Source: an uncultured archaeon (GTDB taxonomy: Archaea > Asgardarchaeota > Lokiarchaeia > Sigyniarchaeales > SOKP01). Taken from it: 64,000 nucleotides of DNA. Of this stretch, positions 19,428-29,285 are shown one piece after another. The notes beneath the pieces were generated by a model, which was not told the DNA's origin, did no database searches, and saw only the letters and a program-made list of their open reading frames with translations. Location: NCBI GenBank assembly GCA_964486045.1, contig CAZALK010000006.1, forward strand, positions 160,001 to 224,000. The letters are read 5' to 3'. A program made the translations under genes and the position numbers. Position 1 is the first letter of the stretch. The number at the start of each line of letters is the position of its first letter.

Positions 19428-20744
19428 ATGACAGAAAGTAAATATCCAACGGAAAATTTGAAATGTTGGGGTAATGCTAAAGCCCTTCGAAAGAAATATT
19501 ACAAAGATTTTGCAGAGGCTCACGATAAAGGTGGATTACGCTGGGCTGGTGGTGCTTGGGCTTTTGATGCGATACCCGCTGGTTTGGGGGAGGATGTATA
19601 TTCTCTAACGGGAGAACCTTATGGAGCAACTATAGCGTTTAATAATAAATTTGCTTTAGAATGCCAAGAAGCAACTGAAGCGAGAGGATTTGCACGAGAT
19701 CTTTGTTCTTACATGAGGAATTATTGGGGATCTATACTTATTAATAAATATGCTTGGCCTCAATTTAGTGAAGAATTCCCAAAACCAGATTTTATGTGGC
19801 AAGATCAGATCTGTTGTTCCCATTCTAAATGGTATCAAGTAGCAAACGATCTTGAAGGAGGTGGAATTCCACTCTTTAGCATCGATGTTTCAGTCGGTCC
19901 CTATAGTGACCTTACAGAGCACAGGATCAACTATATAGTTAACCAGATGCACGATGGAATTAAATGGCTCGAAAAAGTAACTGGACGAGATTATGATGAT
20001 GAGCTTTTGATAAAAGCAGTACATAATGAATTCCGTTCCTGTCACTATTGGTCAGCAATATGTGAACTCAATAAAGCAATCCCAGCACCATTGGATGAAA
20101 AATCAATGTACTCACTATATGTTCTCGGTACATTAAGAAAATCGGCACAGTGGACGGCAGATTTTTATGAAAAGGAATTATATCCTGAAGTAAAAGATAG
20201 AGTAGCTCGGGGAATAGCGGCAGTTCCAAATGAACGATGCCGTATCATGACAGATACTCAACCGCCATGGGCTTTTTTGCGAATTTTCCGCTATTTAGAA
20301 CAATATGGATGTGTATCTATAGGTAGTCTTTATTCGTTCGGTCTAATTGGATTATGGGACGTAAAAGAAGATGGCACATGGGGACCTAAACCTATTCCAG
20401 AAATAGAAATCACTAATCGGGATGAAGCACTGCGTGCCTTGGCCGATTGGAATTTGAGTAAACCAGAATGGCAACATTTTTATCATCCTAAACTCAAATC
20501 TGAGATGATGATTCGAATTGCACGTGAATGGAAGGTAGATGGTGTATTTCTTCATTATAATAGAGGGTGCGAGGGTTTAAGTCTTGGAATCGCAGAAAAT
20601 CGATTAGCAATTCAAAAAGCAGGTATACCAACCATGCCTTTTGAAGGAAATATGGGTGATGAGAGAGAATTCGATCTTGCTAGAACTATGCAACGTGTTG
20701 ATGCTTTTATGGAATCAATAGGAATGGAAAAAGATGTTTTATAA
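19428..20744 (+). CDS. bzdO: Benzoyl-CoA reductase subunit BzdO
   Basis: [51 protein letters not shown] and [11 protein letters not shown]. Confidence 0.93.
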   Translation: MTESKYPTENLKCWGNAKALRKKYYKDFAEAHDKGGLRWAGGAWAFDAIPAGLGEDVYSLTGEPYGATIAFNNKFALECQEATEARGFARDLCSYMRNYWGSILINKYAWPQFSEEFPKPDFMWQDQICCSHSKWYQVANDLEGGGIPLFSIDVSVGPYSDLTEHRINYIVNQMHDGIKWLEKVTGRDYDDELLIKAVHNEFRSCHYWSAICELNKAIPAPLDEKSMYSLYVLGTLRKSAQWTADFYEKELYPEVKDRVARGIAAVPNERCRIMTDTQPPWAFLRIFRYLEQYGCVSIGSLYSFGLIGLWDVKEDGTWGPKPIPEIEITNRDEALRALADWNLSKPEWQHFYHPKLKSEMMIRIAREWKVDGVFLHYNRGCEGLSLGIAENRLAIQKAGIPTMPFEGNMGDEREFDLARTMQRVDAFMESIGMEKDVL

Positions 20745-20821
20745 TATTCAAAGTTAGATGTAGAATAATAAACTATCCTCTTAATAAAATTTTTAAAAAA
20801 GAATGGAGAAAATGTTTTAAT

Positions 20822-21607
20822 ATGAGAACTGCAGGAATTGATGCTGGAAGTAAATTTACTAAAGTAATCATTTTGAATGACAATTCTATTTTGTCTATGG
20901 CTTCCATTTTAAGTGGCTTTGATCAGGAAAAATCAGCAAAGGAAGCATTAAATAACGCTCTTGAAAAAATTAAAGTTTCTTCTGAAGAAATTAAACATAT
21001 CACAGCTACTGGAGCTGGAATGGAAGCAATTTCTTTTGCTGACGATACTATTACAACAATCACTGCTAATGGTCGTGGAGCGAACTTTTTATTTCCTACT
21101 GCACGAACTGTGATTGATATTGGAGCAGAGGAAGGGCGAGTATTACGAATCGACGACCAAGGAAAGGTTAAAGATTTTGGTATTAATGAGAAATGTGCGG
21201 CGGGAGCGGGTGCATTCATAGAGGCGATGTCAAGAGCTTTAGAGGTAGATATTGACATGATGGGGGTGCTTTCTTTAAGATCAACAAAGAAAATCCCAAT
21301 AAATGCTCAATGTACGATTTTTGCTGAATCCGAGGTTGTATCATTAATCCACCAAAAAACAGCAAAAGAGGATATAATTCGCGCTGTGCACGATGCAATA
21401 GCAGATAGGAATACAAGTATGGTGCGACAATTAGGTATCGAAAAAGAAATTGCATTGATAGGTGGCGTTGCAAGAAACACTGGCTTTGTAAATTCCATGA
21501 ACAGAAATTTAGGATTTGATCTTTTGGTACCGAAAGAACTTGTTTCACCAGAATATGTTACTGCTTTAGGAGCTGCGCTTGTAGCTCGTGATAAAATTGG
21601 AGGTTAA
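20822..21607 (+). CDS. bzdP: Benzoyl-CoA reductase activase subunit BzdP
   Basis: IDIGAEEGR, NEKCAAGAGAF, NAQCTIFAESEVVSLIH and AVHDAIA. Confidence 0.92.
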   Translation: MRTAGIDAGSKFTKVIILNDNSILSMASILSGFDQEKSAKEALNNALEKIKVSSEEIKHITATGAGMEAISFADDTITTITANGRGANFLFPTARTVIDIGAEEGRVLRIDDQGKVKDFGINEKCAAGAGAFIEAMSRALEVDIDMMGVLSLRSTKKIPINAQCTIFAESEVVSLIHQKTAKEDIIRAVHDAIADRNTSMVRQLGIEKEIALIGGVARNTGFVNSMNRNLGFDLLVPKELVSPEYVTALGAALVARDKIGG

Positions 21608-21611
21608 AAAA

Positions 21612-22499
21612 ATGCCAGATTCAGAGTCGGAAAAGGAATATTGGAGATGGACAGAATCACGTTATACAAATCCTGATACAAAATGGGAAGCTGGAGATAT
21701 CATTTCGGCTGGAGTAGATGTAGGATCAGTGAGTACTCAAGCCGTAGTTATGGTAGACAGTAAAATCTATTGTTATGCAAGTATGCGAACTGGGAGTGAT
21801 AGCCCAGACAGCGCTAATAATGCAATAGATTGGGCATTAGAAGGAACAGGTCTTACACTAGATAAAATTGAATTTGCTGTAGGAACAGGATATGGAAGAG
21901 TTAATGTTCCATTTGCAGATCGAGCCATTACTGAAATTGCATGCCATGGGAGAGGAGCCAACTTTATCTATGGTCCTGAGATTAGAACAGTATTGGATAT
22001 GGGTGGGCAGGATTGTAAAGCAATTCGAGTTGATAATCGTGGAAAGGTTACAGCATTCCTCATGAATGATAAATGTGCTGCAGGTACTGGAAGAGGGATG
22101 GAAGTATTTGCCGATTTACTCCAAGTTCATATAAATGATGTTGGAGAAATGTCATTAAAAGTTGAAGAAGAGCCAGAACCAGTTAGTAGCACATGCGTAG
22201 TGTTCGCTAAGTCTGAGGCTGTTGGATTACTTAGAAAAGGATGGGGAAAAGAAAAAGTTTTAGCAGCTTATTGCTCAGCTATGGCTCATCGCGTGGTAAC
22301 TCTCTTATTGAGACTTGGAATAGAAGAGAAATTTGCGATAACAGGTGGAATTGCTAAAAATATTGGAGTTGTTAAAAGAATTGAAGATGAGCTGAATATT
22401 AATGCCCCAAAACCAAAAATTGACCCACAACTTGCCGGAGCGATTGGAGCGGCATTATTTGGTAAAGCTCTCGTTGAAAAACAACGTAAAAAAACCTGA
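21612..22499 (+). CDS. bzdQ: Benzoyl-CoA reductase activase subunit BzdQ
   Basis: EYWRW.E, GVDVGSVS, GTGYGRVNVPFA, EIACHGRGA, DMGGQDCKAI and MNDKCAAGTGRGMEV. The ATG at 21612 follows the bzdP stop by 4 nt and is preferred over the overlapping 21588 start. Confidence 0.93.
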   Translation: MPDSESEKEYWRWTESRYTNPDTKWEAGDIISAGVDVGSVSTQAVVMVDSKIYCYASMRTGSDSPDSANNAIDWALEGTGLTLDKIEFAVGTGYGRVNVPFADRAITEIACHGRGANFIYGPEIRTVLDMGGQDCKAIRVDNRGKVTAFLMNDKCAAGTGRGMEVFADLLQVHINDVGEMSLKVEEEPEPVSSTCVVFAKSEAVGLLRKGWGKEKVLAAYCSAMAHRVVTLLLRLGIEEKFAITGGIAKNIGVVKRIEDELNINAPKPKIDPQLAGAIGAALFGKALVEKQRKKT

Positions 22500-22532
22500 A
22501 TTTAAATTATAAATTAAAAATGGAGAAATTGA

Positions 22533-22823
22533 GTGACAAAAGCAAATTATGGTTATAAGGATGGTTCAGGAGAGTATTTTATAACTATAGACACAGATTT
22601 ATGTAATTCTTGTGGAAAATGTGTTGAAGTTTGTCCAGAAGGTGTTCTTGAAATGGCTGAAGATGATTTAGATCCTTTGGGTGATGAAGTTATCGCAATC
22701 GTTAATGAAAAACACCGAAAGAAAATTAAATATTCATGTGCTCCTTGTAAATCCGCTGGTGAAACAAAATCTTTAATTTGTGTCCAAGTTTGTGAGTCTG
22801 GAGCTATTAAACACTCATGGTAA
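22533..22823 (+). CDS. bzdM: Ferredoxin BzdM (electron donor to BCR)
   Basis: ANYGYKDGSGEYFITIDTD.C..CG.C...CP, KIKYSCAPCK and C...C...AI.HSW; SD GGAG upstream. Confidence 0.9.
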   Translation: MTKANYGYKDGSGEYFITIDTDLCNSCGKCVEVCPEGVLEMAEDDLDPLGDEVIAIVNEKHRKKIKYSCAPCKSAGETKSLICVQVCESGAIKHSW

Positions 22824-22931
22824 TCTATATTTTCCCCCAAATTTTAATTAAATCACTGGTTGTATTTAATTAAGTTTTTGGTGAAAAGAAATTAATTTAA
22901 AGACAAATTTTTATTTTCGAGATTGTTAACC

Positions 22932-25466
22932 ATGGAAACAACTTTAATAACAATAAATGGAATCAAAATTGAAGCACAAGAAGGAGAAAAGATCTTAGAA
23001 GCTTCTCTTAATGCCGGAATCTATATTCCAAGCTTATGTGCTCACCCTGATTTACCCGAATTAGTAGGAATGAAACCAACGGAATGTATTTACCAAGGTA
23101 ATAATCAAATTAATAATGAAAACACTATAAATTCTTCCAATGGGCATGAAGGGTGTCAATTATGTGTTGTAAAGTTAAATCGTTCTGAAGGACTTATAAC
23201 ATCTTGTAGCACTACTGTAGAACAAGGGATGAGTATTCAAACAGAAACTCCAGAGATTAAGGAATATAGGAAAGAAAAATTAATGAATATTTTTTCAACT
23301 CATCCACATGCATGTTTGATTTGTGCCCAAAAGGAGGGTTGCAGCCGAGAACCCTGTTCAACTAATGTTGCTGTTGAAGAACGATGTTGTCCAGAATTGG
23401 GACGATGTGAACTACAGAAGATTGCTGAATACATTGGAATTCGCGAAGACACTTTACGTTATAAAACACGTGGACATGTAATTATCGAAGATGAACCTCT
23501 GTTCATCCGCAATTACGAGTTGTGTATTGGTTGCACCCGATGTGTAAGGGCTTGTGGAGACCTTCGAGGAGTTAAAGCGCTAGGATTTGTTTATTCTAAT
23601 GGGGATACTGTAGTTGGAAATATAGCCCCTACGCTTAGAGAATCAGGGTGTAAATTCTGCGGAGCCTGTGTGGAGGTTTGTCCTACAGGAGCACTTACAG
23701 ATAAAGATATTTTTTGGGCTGAACGAGAAAAATTACTTGTTCCTTGTAAAAATACTTGTCCATTAGGAATGGATGTACCACGATACATTAGATTAATTAC
23801 AGAGAACAAATATAGTGAAGCAGCAGCAGTCATACGGGAAAAAACACCTTTTCCCTACGTTCTTGGTAGAGTTTGTTTTCATGATTGTGAAGTTGCATGT
23901 CGCCGAAACCAAATTAATGACCCTATAGCTATTTGTGGTCTAAAGCGTTTTGCAATGGATCAGGATGATGAAGCATGGAAATCAAAATTAATAATGGGTA
24001 CGACAACGGGGAAAAAAGTAGCGATTATAGGTTCTGGTCCTTCAGGACTCACAGCAGCATATTATTTGAGAAGATTGGGTCATTCGGTTACAATATTTGA
24101 ATCTAATTCTTACGTAGGAGGTATGTTGAGCATAGGAATTCCTGAATATCGATTGCCACGATCGGTTCTTCAAAAAGATCTTTACCATATTTTAAGTATT
24201 GGAATTGAAACCCAGGGAGATACGGTTGTAGGTGATCACCTATCATTAGAAGATTTGAAATCTCAAGGATTTAATGCAACATTTCTAGCTATTGGTGCTC
24301 AGAAAACTAAAAAACTTAACATAGAGGGTTCTGAACTTCCATCTATTCTGTGGGGTCTTGAATTTCTTAGAAGAGTTAATACTGGTATAAAATTTGAATT
24401 ACCTTACAAAATCGTTGTTATAGGTGGAGGGAATGTAGCTATAGACGTTGCTTTAACAGCCCAACGACTAGGTGCTAAAGAAGTTCAACTATTTTGTTTA
24501 GAATGTAGAGAAGAGATGCCGGCTCATGAATGGGAAATTCAAAAAGCAATAGATGAAGGTATAACTCTCAATTGCTCTTGGGGGCCAAAAACAATTGTTG
24601 ATACTGGCAATGAAGTATCAAATTTAGAATTTATCCGCTGTGATTCAGTTTATGATGTTATGAATCAATTTAATCCCGTTTTTAATGAGGCTAATGTTAA
24701 ATCTATTCAAACTGATGTTGTAATTATAGCCATAGGTCAATCTCCTGATCTATCTCTGCTAGGAACTGATAGTAATTTGAATATTTCACCAAATGGGTTA
24801 ATTCAAACAAAAGAAGGAACATTTGAGACGAACTTACCTGGAATTTTTGCCGGTGGTGAAGTTATCAAAAATCCTAGTTCTGTAGTTGATTCGATTGGTA
24901 TGGGACGAAAAGTAGCTTCTTCGATTGATAAGTATTTAGGAGGAAATGGTAAAATAGGTGATATATTCGTTAATGTTGATGGTTCTAATCCTTTATTGGG
25001 ACGTGATGAAAGTTTTAATAATAAAACACGTATTCAAATGCCCGTTTTATCATTAAATGAACGTCAGAATAATTTTAAGGAAATTGAGTTAGGTTTTGAC
25101 GAGAAATTAGCAATAGAAGAGGCTAATAGATGTTTAAGATGTGATTTACGCTTTGAAATCTCGCATGTTGTGCTACCGCCTCAAAAATGGTTAGAATTGA
25201 CCACAGAAAATATCCAAAACGTTCCTGAAACAGAAGGGACTATTCAAATCTTAAATGAGAATCAAGAAATAGTCTTAATTCAAGGGACTCAGAATATGCG
25301 TCTGGTATTGGGGGGGCAGTTATCAACGAATCCGAAAGCGTGCTTTTTTAATTATGAGGAAGACCCAATGTATACAAAAAGAGAGAGTGAATTACTCCAG
25401 CAATTCATGCAAGAATTCGGAAGATTTCCCGAAGGAAATGAAGATCTTGATGATGATCTTTTTTAG
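22932..25466 (+). CDS. bzdV: BzdV-like NAD(P)H:ferredoxin oxidoreductase (2Fe-2S, 4Fe-4S and GltD-like flavoprotein domains plus BzdV C-terminal domain)
   Basis: IPSLC..P, C.LC and SC [2Fe-2S] region; CIGCTRCVRAC; CKFCGACVEVCP; PC...CP; GSGPSG and GGGNVA dinucleotide motifs; EA.RCLRCD; C-terminal YEED.MYTKRESELLQQF. TTG at 22923 is an alternative start. Confidence 0.87.
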   Translation: METTLITINGIKIEAQEGEKILEASLNAGIYIPSLCAHPDLPELVGMKPTECIYQGNNQINNENTINSSNGHEGCQLCVVKLNRSEGLITSCSTTVEQGMSIQTETPEIKEYRKEKLMNIFSTHPHACLICAQKEGCSREPCSTNVAVEERCCPELGRCELQKIAEYIGIREDTLRYKTRGHVIIEDEPLFIRNYELCIGCTRCVRACGDLRGVKALGFVYSNGDTVVGNIAPTLRESGCKFCGACVEVCPTGALTDKDIFWAEREKLLVPCKNTCPLGMDVPRYIRLITENKYSEAAAVIREKTPFPYVLGRVCFHDCEVACRRNQINDPIAICGLKRFAMDQDDEAWKSKLIMGTTTGKKVAIIGSGPSGLTAAYYLRRLGHSVTIFESNSYVGGMLSIGIPEYRLPRSVLQKDLYHILSIGIETQGDTVVGDHLSLEDLKSQGFNATFLAIGAQKTKKLNIEGSELPSILWGLEFLRRVNTGIKFELPYKIVVIGGGNVAIDVALTAQRLGAKEVQLFCLECREEMPAHEWEIQKAIDEGITLNCSWGPKTIVDTGNEVSNLEFIRCDSVYDVMNQFNPVFNEANVKSIQTDVVIIAIGQSPDLSLLGTDSNLNISPNGLIQTKEGTFETNLPGIFAGGEVIKNPSSVVDSIGMGRKVASSIDKYLGGNGKIGDIFVNVDGSNPLLGRDESFNNKTRIQMPVLSLNERQNNFKEIELGFDEKLAIEEANRCLRCDLRFEISHVVLPPQKWLELTTENIQNVPETEGTIQILNENQEIVLIQGTQNMRLVLGGQLSTNPKACFFNYEEDPMYTKRESELLQQFMQEFGRFPEGNEDLDDDLF

Positions 25467-25571
25467 CTTTCACTTTTTTATAAATTAATAATTGTGAATA
25501 TAAAAAATAGATTGGATCTAACTATTCTATTATTGTAAAATCTGTAAACTCTTTTGATATGATTCCGAGAT

Positions 25572-26615
25572 TTATGGTGTTAACCAGGATCCCAACTTCA
25601 GTTTTGATTCCTTGAAGGCTTCTCTATCATAAGTGCTGATTTCCTTTTCAGCCAAGTTGAGGTAATAATTAAAACTCTTTGGGTCGAACCCAGCAAGATT
25701 ACCAAGGATAGCATCAAGAGAAACGAGATCTCTCCCGAAAGAAATAAATCCTAGATTTTTTATAATGTTGTATTTAAGTCCCGAATATTCGTCATCAAAT
25801 TTTCCTTCAGGATGAAGGACTGACCGAGTATTCAATCCCTCACAGATACCATACACGTTGAAGAGAGCATGGTAGATTTTATTAATACCAATGATACTTC
25901 TAGGGAGTAAAACGTCTTTTGTTCCATGCCACCAAGGTCTTAAAGGATCGGGGATCATTCCAAAAATATTTTTCATCGTGAAGCTAGCATAATGTTTCAG
26001 CTTAGCTAGGCTGATGAACATTGCTCCGCGTAGATCGTAAAGTTTTTTTGGTACCATATTGTAGAGTTTATCAATCTGAACGGGTTTGAAAGATTTTTCA
26101 ACGTCTTTTTTTACTTCATTTTGATCAGCTATTCTACCACTCCATATTTCATCTGTCACATTGATGTATTTAACATTAAACTCCTTGAAAAGATCGGTAA
26201 ACCCATTTTGGTCTAGGAATATTTTAACGCCCTTCTTAAGCCGATCCCAATGCCCGTCTCTTTTAAACCAATCCCAACTTGGATTTTTAATCAACCATTT
26301 CCAACCATGGCCTGCTAATAACCATTTCCAGTTTACTTCCTTGCCTTCAGCAATGAAATTCAACCCATCCTCTAAAGGTTCATTGAATACATGAGTAGAA
26401 GACTCTGTGACCACTATTTTGGAATCAAGACTTTCTAACAACAACCTTAATGTTTTTAAGCTAGTGAAATGTCCAGGCAAAGTTGAAACCCAATTAGGCT
26501 TGATAATGATTGTTTCTGATTCAAACCAGGGATCAACCAAAATCTGGTTTAATTTATATGAGTTGCTTAATTTTGCTATTGTGGTCTTTCCGAACAAATG
26601 TTGAGTGACAGTCAT
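25572..26615 (-). CDS. DUF362-like protein
   Basis: IIIKPNW, ISLAKLKH, TMKNIFGMIP and D.VSLDA motifs typical of DUF362. Confidence 0.7.
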   Translation of the reverse strand: MTVTQHLFGKTTIAKLSNSYKLNQILVDPWFESETIIIKPNWVSTLPGHFTSLKTLRLLLESLDSKIVVTESSTHVFNEPLEDGLNFIAEGKEVNWKWLLAGHGWKWLIKNPSWDWFKRDGHWDRLKKGVKIFLDQNGFTDLFKEFNVKYINVTDEIWSGRIADQNEVKKDVEKSFKPVQIDKLYNMVPKKLYDLRGAMFISLAKLKHYASFTMKNIFGMIPDPLRPWWHGTKDVLLPRSIIGINKIYHALFNVYGICEGLNTRSVLHPEGKFDDEYSGLKYNIIKNLGFISFGRDLVSLDAILGNLAGFDPKSFNYYLNLAEKEISTYDREAFKESKLKLGSWLTP

Positions 26616-26626
26616 CTTTATCTACC

Positions 26627-27034
26627 TTAAGTTTCAAATATTGTGAGTCCACTCTTTTCTAGAGTTTGTATGGATTTTAAAATATCATCATTATTTACAC
26701 GCAAGATAAGCATAGGATCTTCCTTAACTATCGTAGAATAACAGTAATCAATGTTGATATTATTATCTCCTAATGTTTTTGGAATCTCATATAAAGCCTT
26801 AGGGTGACCATTCAGTTTTATAGCGATAACATCAGTAGTAGACAGGAGATAACCATTTTCTTCTAAAAGAGTAATACATTTTCTTGGTTTATCAACCAAC
26901 ACCAATAGTAATCCATATTCGGGTGTTTTAGCAACAGTTAAGGCTCTTATAAAGATTTTATTATCCATTAGACTCTTAATTAGTTTTGCTAACGCTCCAG
27001 GACGATCTTCTAAGAATACACTAAGTTGTATCAT
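26627..27034 (-). CDS. Tandem ACT-domain protein
   Basis: QLSVFLEDRPGAL..L....I.IRAL, YGLL..LVDKP and INIDYCYS. Confidence 0.88.
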   Translation of the reverse strand: MIQLSVFLEDRPGALAKLIKSLMDNKIFIRALTVAKTPEYGLLLVLVDKPRKCITLLEENGYLLSTTDVIAIKLNGHPKALYEIPKTLGDNNINIDYCYSTIVKEDPMLILRVNNDDILKSIQTLEKSGLTIFET

Positions 27035-27132
27035 TATATTTCAAATCTTTCATTAATAGATGTAAATTTTAATATTACTTTTGTTTTAAACTTAATATAG
27101 AATTTCTTTTTAATTGGTCGGTCTCAAAACAG

Positions 27133-27921
27133 ATGTTAAAAGATTTTTACGACAAACATAGAAATTTCTCTTGTAGATCTTTAACAGAATACAACATATC
27201 TCCCGGGATAAGATGTAAATTTGACATTTTAAAAGCGAACCTAAACACTAAAAAACCTTTTAATAACGCGCTGGATCTTGGTTCTTCTGGAAATTCATTT
27301 CTATTCTTATTAGAAAATTTGAAGACCAGATCATTCTTAGATATCACAGAGCTTCCATTACAACAATATAAATATAGAATTACAGGGCACCCCGTATGTG
27401 CTGATCTAAAAAAATTACCTTATCGGAATGAATTCTTTGATTTTATTAGTGCTCTAGATGTTCTAGAACATATAAAAAATGACCAAATTGCTGTTTCAGA
27501 AATTAGCAGAATATTAAAGAATGCAGGGATAATCGTTATTACTGTTCCTCATAGAATGAAATACTATACGAATCAAGATCGAATAATAGGTCATTATAGA
27601 AGATATGAAGTTCATGAATTAGTAAATCTATTTAGAAAATTTAATTTAATTCATTTAAAGACTTTCGGAATATATGGACGGTTAATGCGAATTTCTGATA
27701 TCCAGTCGGTAAATCCCAATAATATTGAAGAAAATATTGCAAATTTGAGATATCGATATGAAAATAATCAAACTTTTCGCACTGTCTGGAATTTAATTGT
27801 TAAGATTTTATCTAAACTGATGAAGATTGATGCAAAATATCAACCTCTAAAGAAAATTATGAATATTGGGTTAATATTTAAAAAAAATTCTTCTCTCGGT
27901 AGCAGTAAAAATTTATGTTAA
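27133..27921 (+). CDS. Class I SAM-dependent methyltransferase
   Basis: ALDLGS, ADLKKLPY, FDFISALDVLEHI, RILK..G...ITVP and D...GHYRRY. Confidence 0.88.
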   Translation: MLKDFYDKHRNFSCRSLTEYNISPGIRCKFDILKANLNTKKPFNNALDLGSSGNSFLFLLENLKTRSFLDITELPLQQYKYRITGHPVCADLKKLPYRNEFFDFISALDVLEHIKNDQIAVSEISRILKNAGIIVITVPHRMKYYTNQDRIIGHYRRYEVHELVNLFRKFNLIHLKTFGIYGRLMRISDIQSVNPNNIEENIANLRYRYENNQTFRTVWNLIVKILSKLMKIDAKYQPLKKIMNIGLIFKKNSSLGSSKNLC

Positions 27922-28329
27922 GTCTTCTTTTATCTTGTCAAATAACTTCTTATAGTCTTCGATGTATTTCTCGTCATTAGATTCATCTATTTTTTGCAAT
28001 AGTTCGATTGATTTTGTCAGTGCTTGAGATCTTTTCTTAATTCTCTCTAAAAATTGTTGTTTATTAAACTCAGTTTTTGAGATATCAATTTTATCTTTGA
28101 CTTCTAAAATTGAAGCTTCAATTTCTTTATGTGATTCGATTACGTTGTTTAATACACCCAATTGTAGTTGTTTCTTTCTTTTTTCTAATTTTATACAATT
28201 TTCACATACTATTTCTTCATTGTTTTCTTGTTTTCTTAATTTTTCTCCCTCTTTCATCATAAAGGGATTTTTACAACGATTACAGGCGACTAATTCAAGG
28301 AGAAGTTTATCAGCATTAGAATCGGGCAT
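27913..28329 (-). CDS. Hypothetical protein with CxxC...CxxC and a C-terminal coiled coil
   Basis: CNRC-x22-CENC followed by a K/E/L heptad-rich helix. Confidence 0.7.
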   Translation of the reverse strand: MPDSNADKLLLELVACNRCKNPFMMKEGEKLRKQENNEEIVCENCIKLEKRKKQLQLGVLNNVIESHKEIEASILEVKDKIDISKTEFNKQQFLERIKKRSQALTKSIELLQKIDESNDEKYIEDYKKLFDKIKEDLT

Positions 28330-28460
28330 ATCAACACAAAAATAAATCCAAATTTTAAATATTTTTCTATAATATTGATCTCGTTTAACTAATTTATTAT
28401 TGTTCCATTTGGCTCCCCATTTTTAGAAAACTAATAATTGAGTTTTATATTTCACTTTTT

Positions 28461-29261
28461 ATGGATGTAATTTTAATCATCATTTTACTTGCATTTGGTG
28501 CGTTATTTGGCATTATTGGCACTGTCGCAGGAATAGGCGGTGGAGCTCTTCATATGAGTTTAATGATTTTATTATTTGCTATCCCCATAGATGAAGCGAG
28601 AAATACATCTTCGTTTATCATTTTTCTCTTCTCTGGCATAGCATTCATTAACTATTTTAAACAGGGGAAAGTTAATATCAAACTTACTTTAATCTTTGCT
28701 AGTTTTGCATTATTGGGTAGTATTACCGCAACTGTCTTATTTATGTTCTTGCCAATTGATAATACAGCTTTAAAGATTATTATAGCATCAGTAGTCCTGG
28801 CTTCAGGATTAAACATGATCCGGAAAGCTTTTGCATCTTTAAAACTAGAAAGATTAAATAATAATGAAGAAATACAGTTTTTTTTTGATAATTTTGACTA
28901 TAGTTCAAATTTAAAGAAGGGAATCCCTTTATTTTTCTTGGCAGGTTTTGTAGCCTATCTAAGTGGAATTGGGGGTGGTATGTTATTTGTACCAATTCTC
29001 AGCATTATTTTTGGAATGCCAATATTTATTTCAACTGCAACATCAACAACGATGATATTTTTCATTGGAATATATAATGCTTCTGCTAGAATGGTTGTTG
29101 GAAAAATTCATTATTTAATAGGTATTTTAATAGGAATGGGGGCTATCTTAGGTTCACTTTATGGAACCAGGTTATCTAAAAAAATAAAAAAGCAGAATTT
29201 ACAATTTTTTGTTGCAGTGATTCTATTAGGGTTAGCAATTAGAATGTATTTTATTGTTTAG
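28461..29261 (+). CDS. TauE/SafE family sulfite exporter-like membrane protein
   Basis: Two repeats of G...G..GIGGG, about 8 hydrophobic segments, and A..TS motifs. Confidence 0.9.
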   Translation: MDVILIIILLAFGALFGIIGTVAGIGGGALHMSLMILLFAIPIDEARNTSSFIIFLFSGIAFINYFKQGKVNIKLTLIFASFALLGSITATVLFMFLPIDNTALKIIIASVVLASGLNMIRKAFASLKLERLNNNEEIQFFFDNFDYSSNLKKGIPLFFLAGFVAYLSGIGGGMLFVPILSIIFGMPIFISTATSTTMIFFIGIYNASARMVVGKIHYLIGILIGMGAILGSLYGTRLSKKIKKQNLQFFVAVILLGLAIRMYFIV

Positions 29262-29285
29262 TATAAAAAAATTTCATCTAAAAAT

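Noticed and set aside
18286-25466. Apparently higher GC of the bzd operon as proof of recent horizontal transfer
   Set aside because: Not quantified, and explainable by Gly/Ala/Cys-rich proteins; third codon positions still look AT-rich. GC3 and codon-usage computation would be required.
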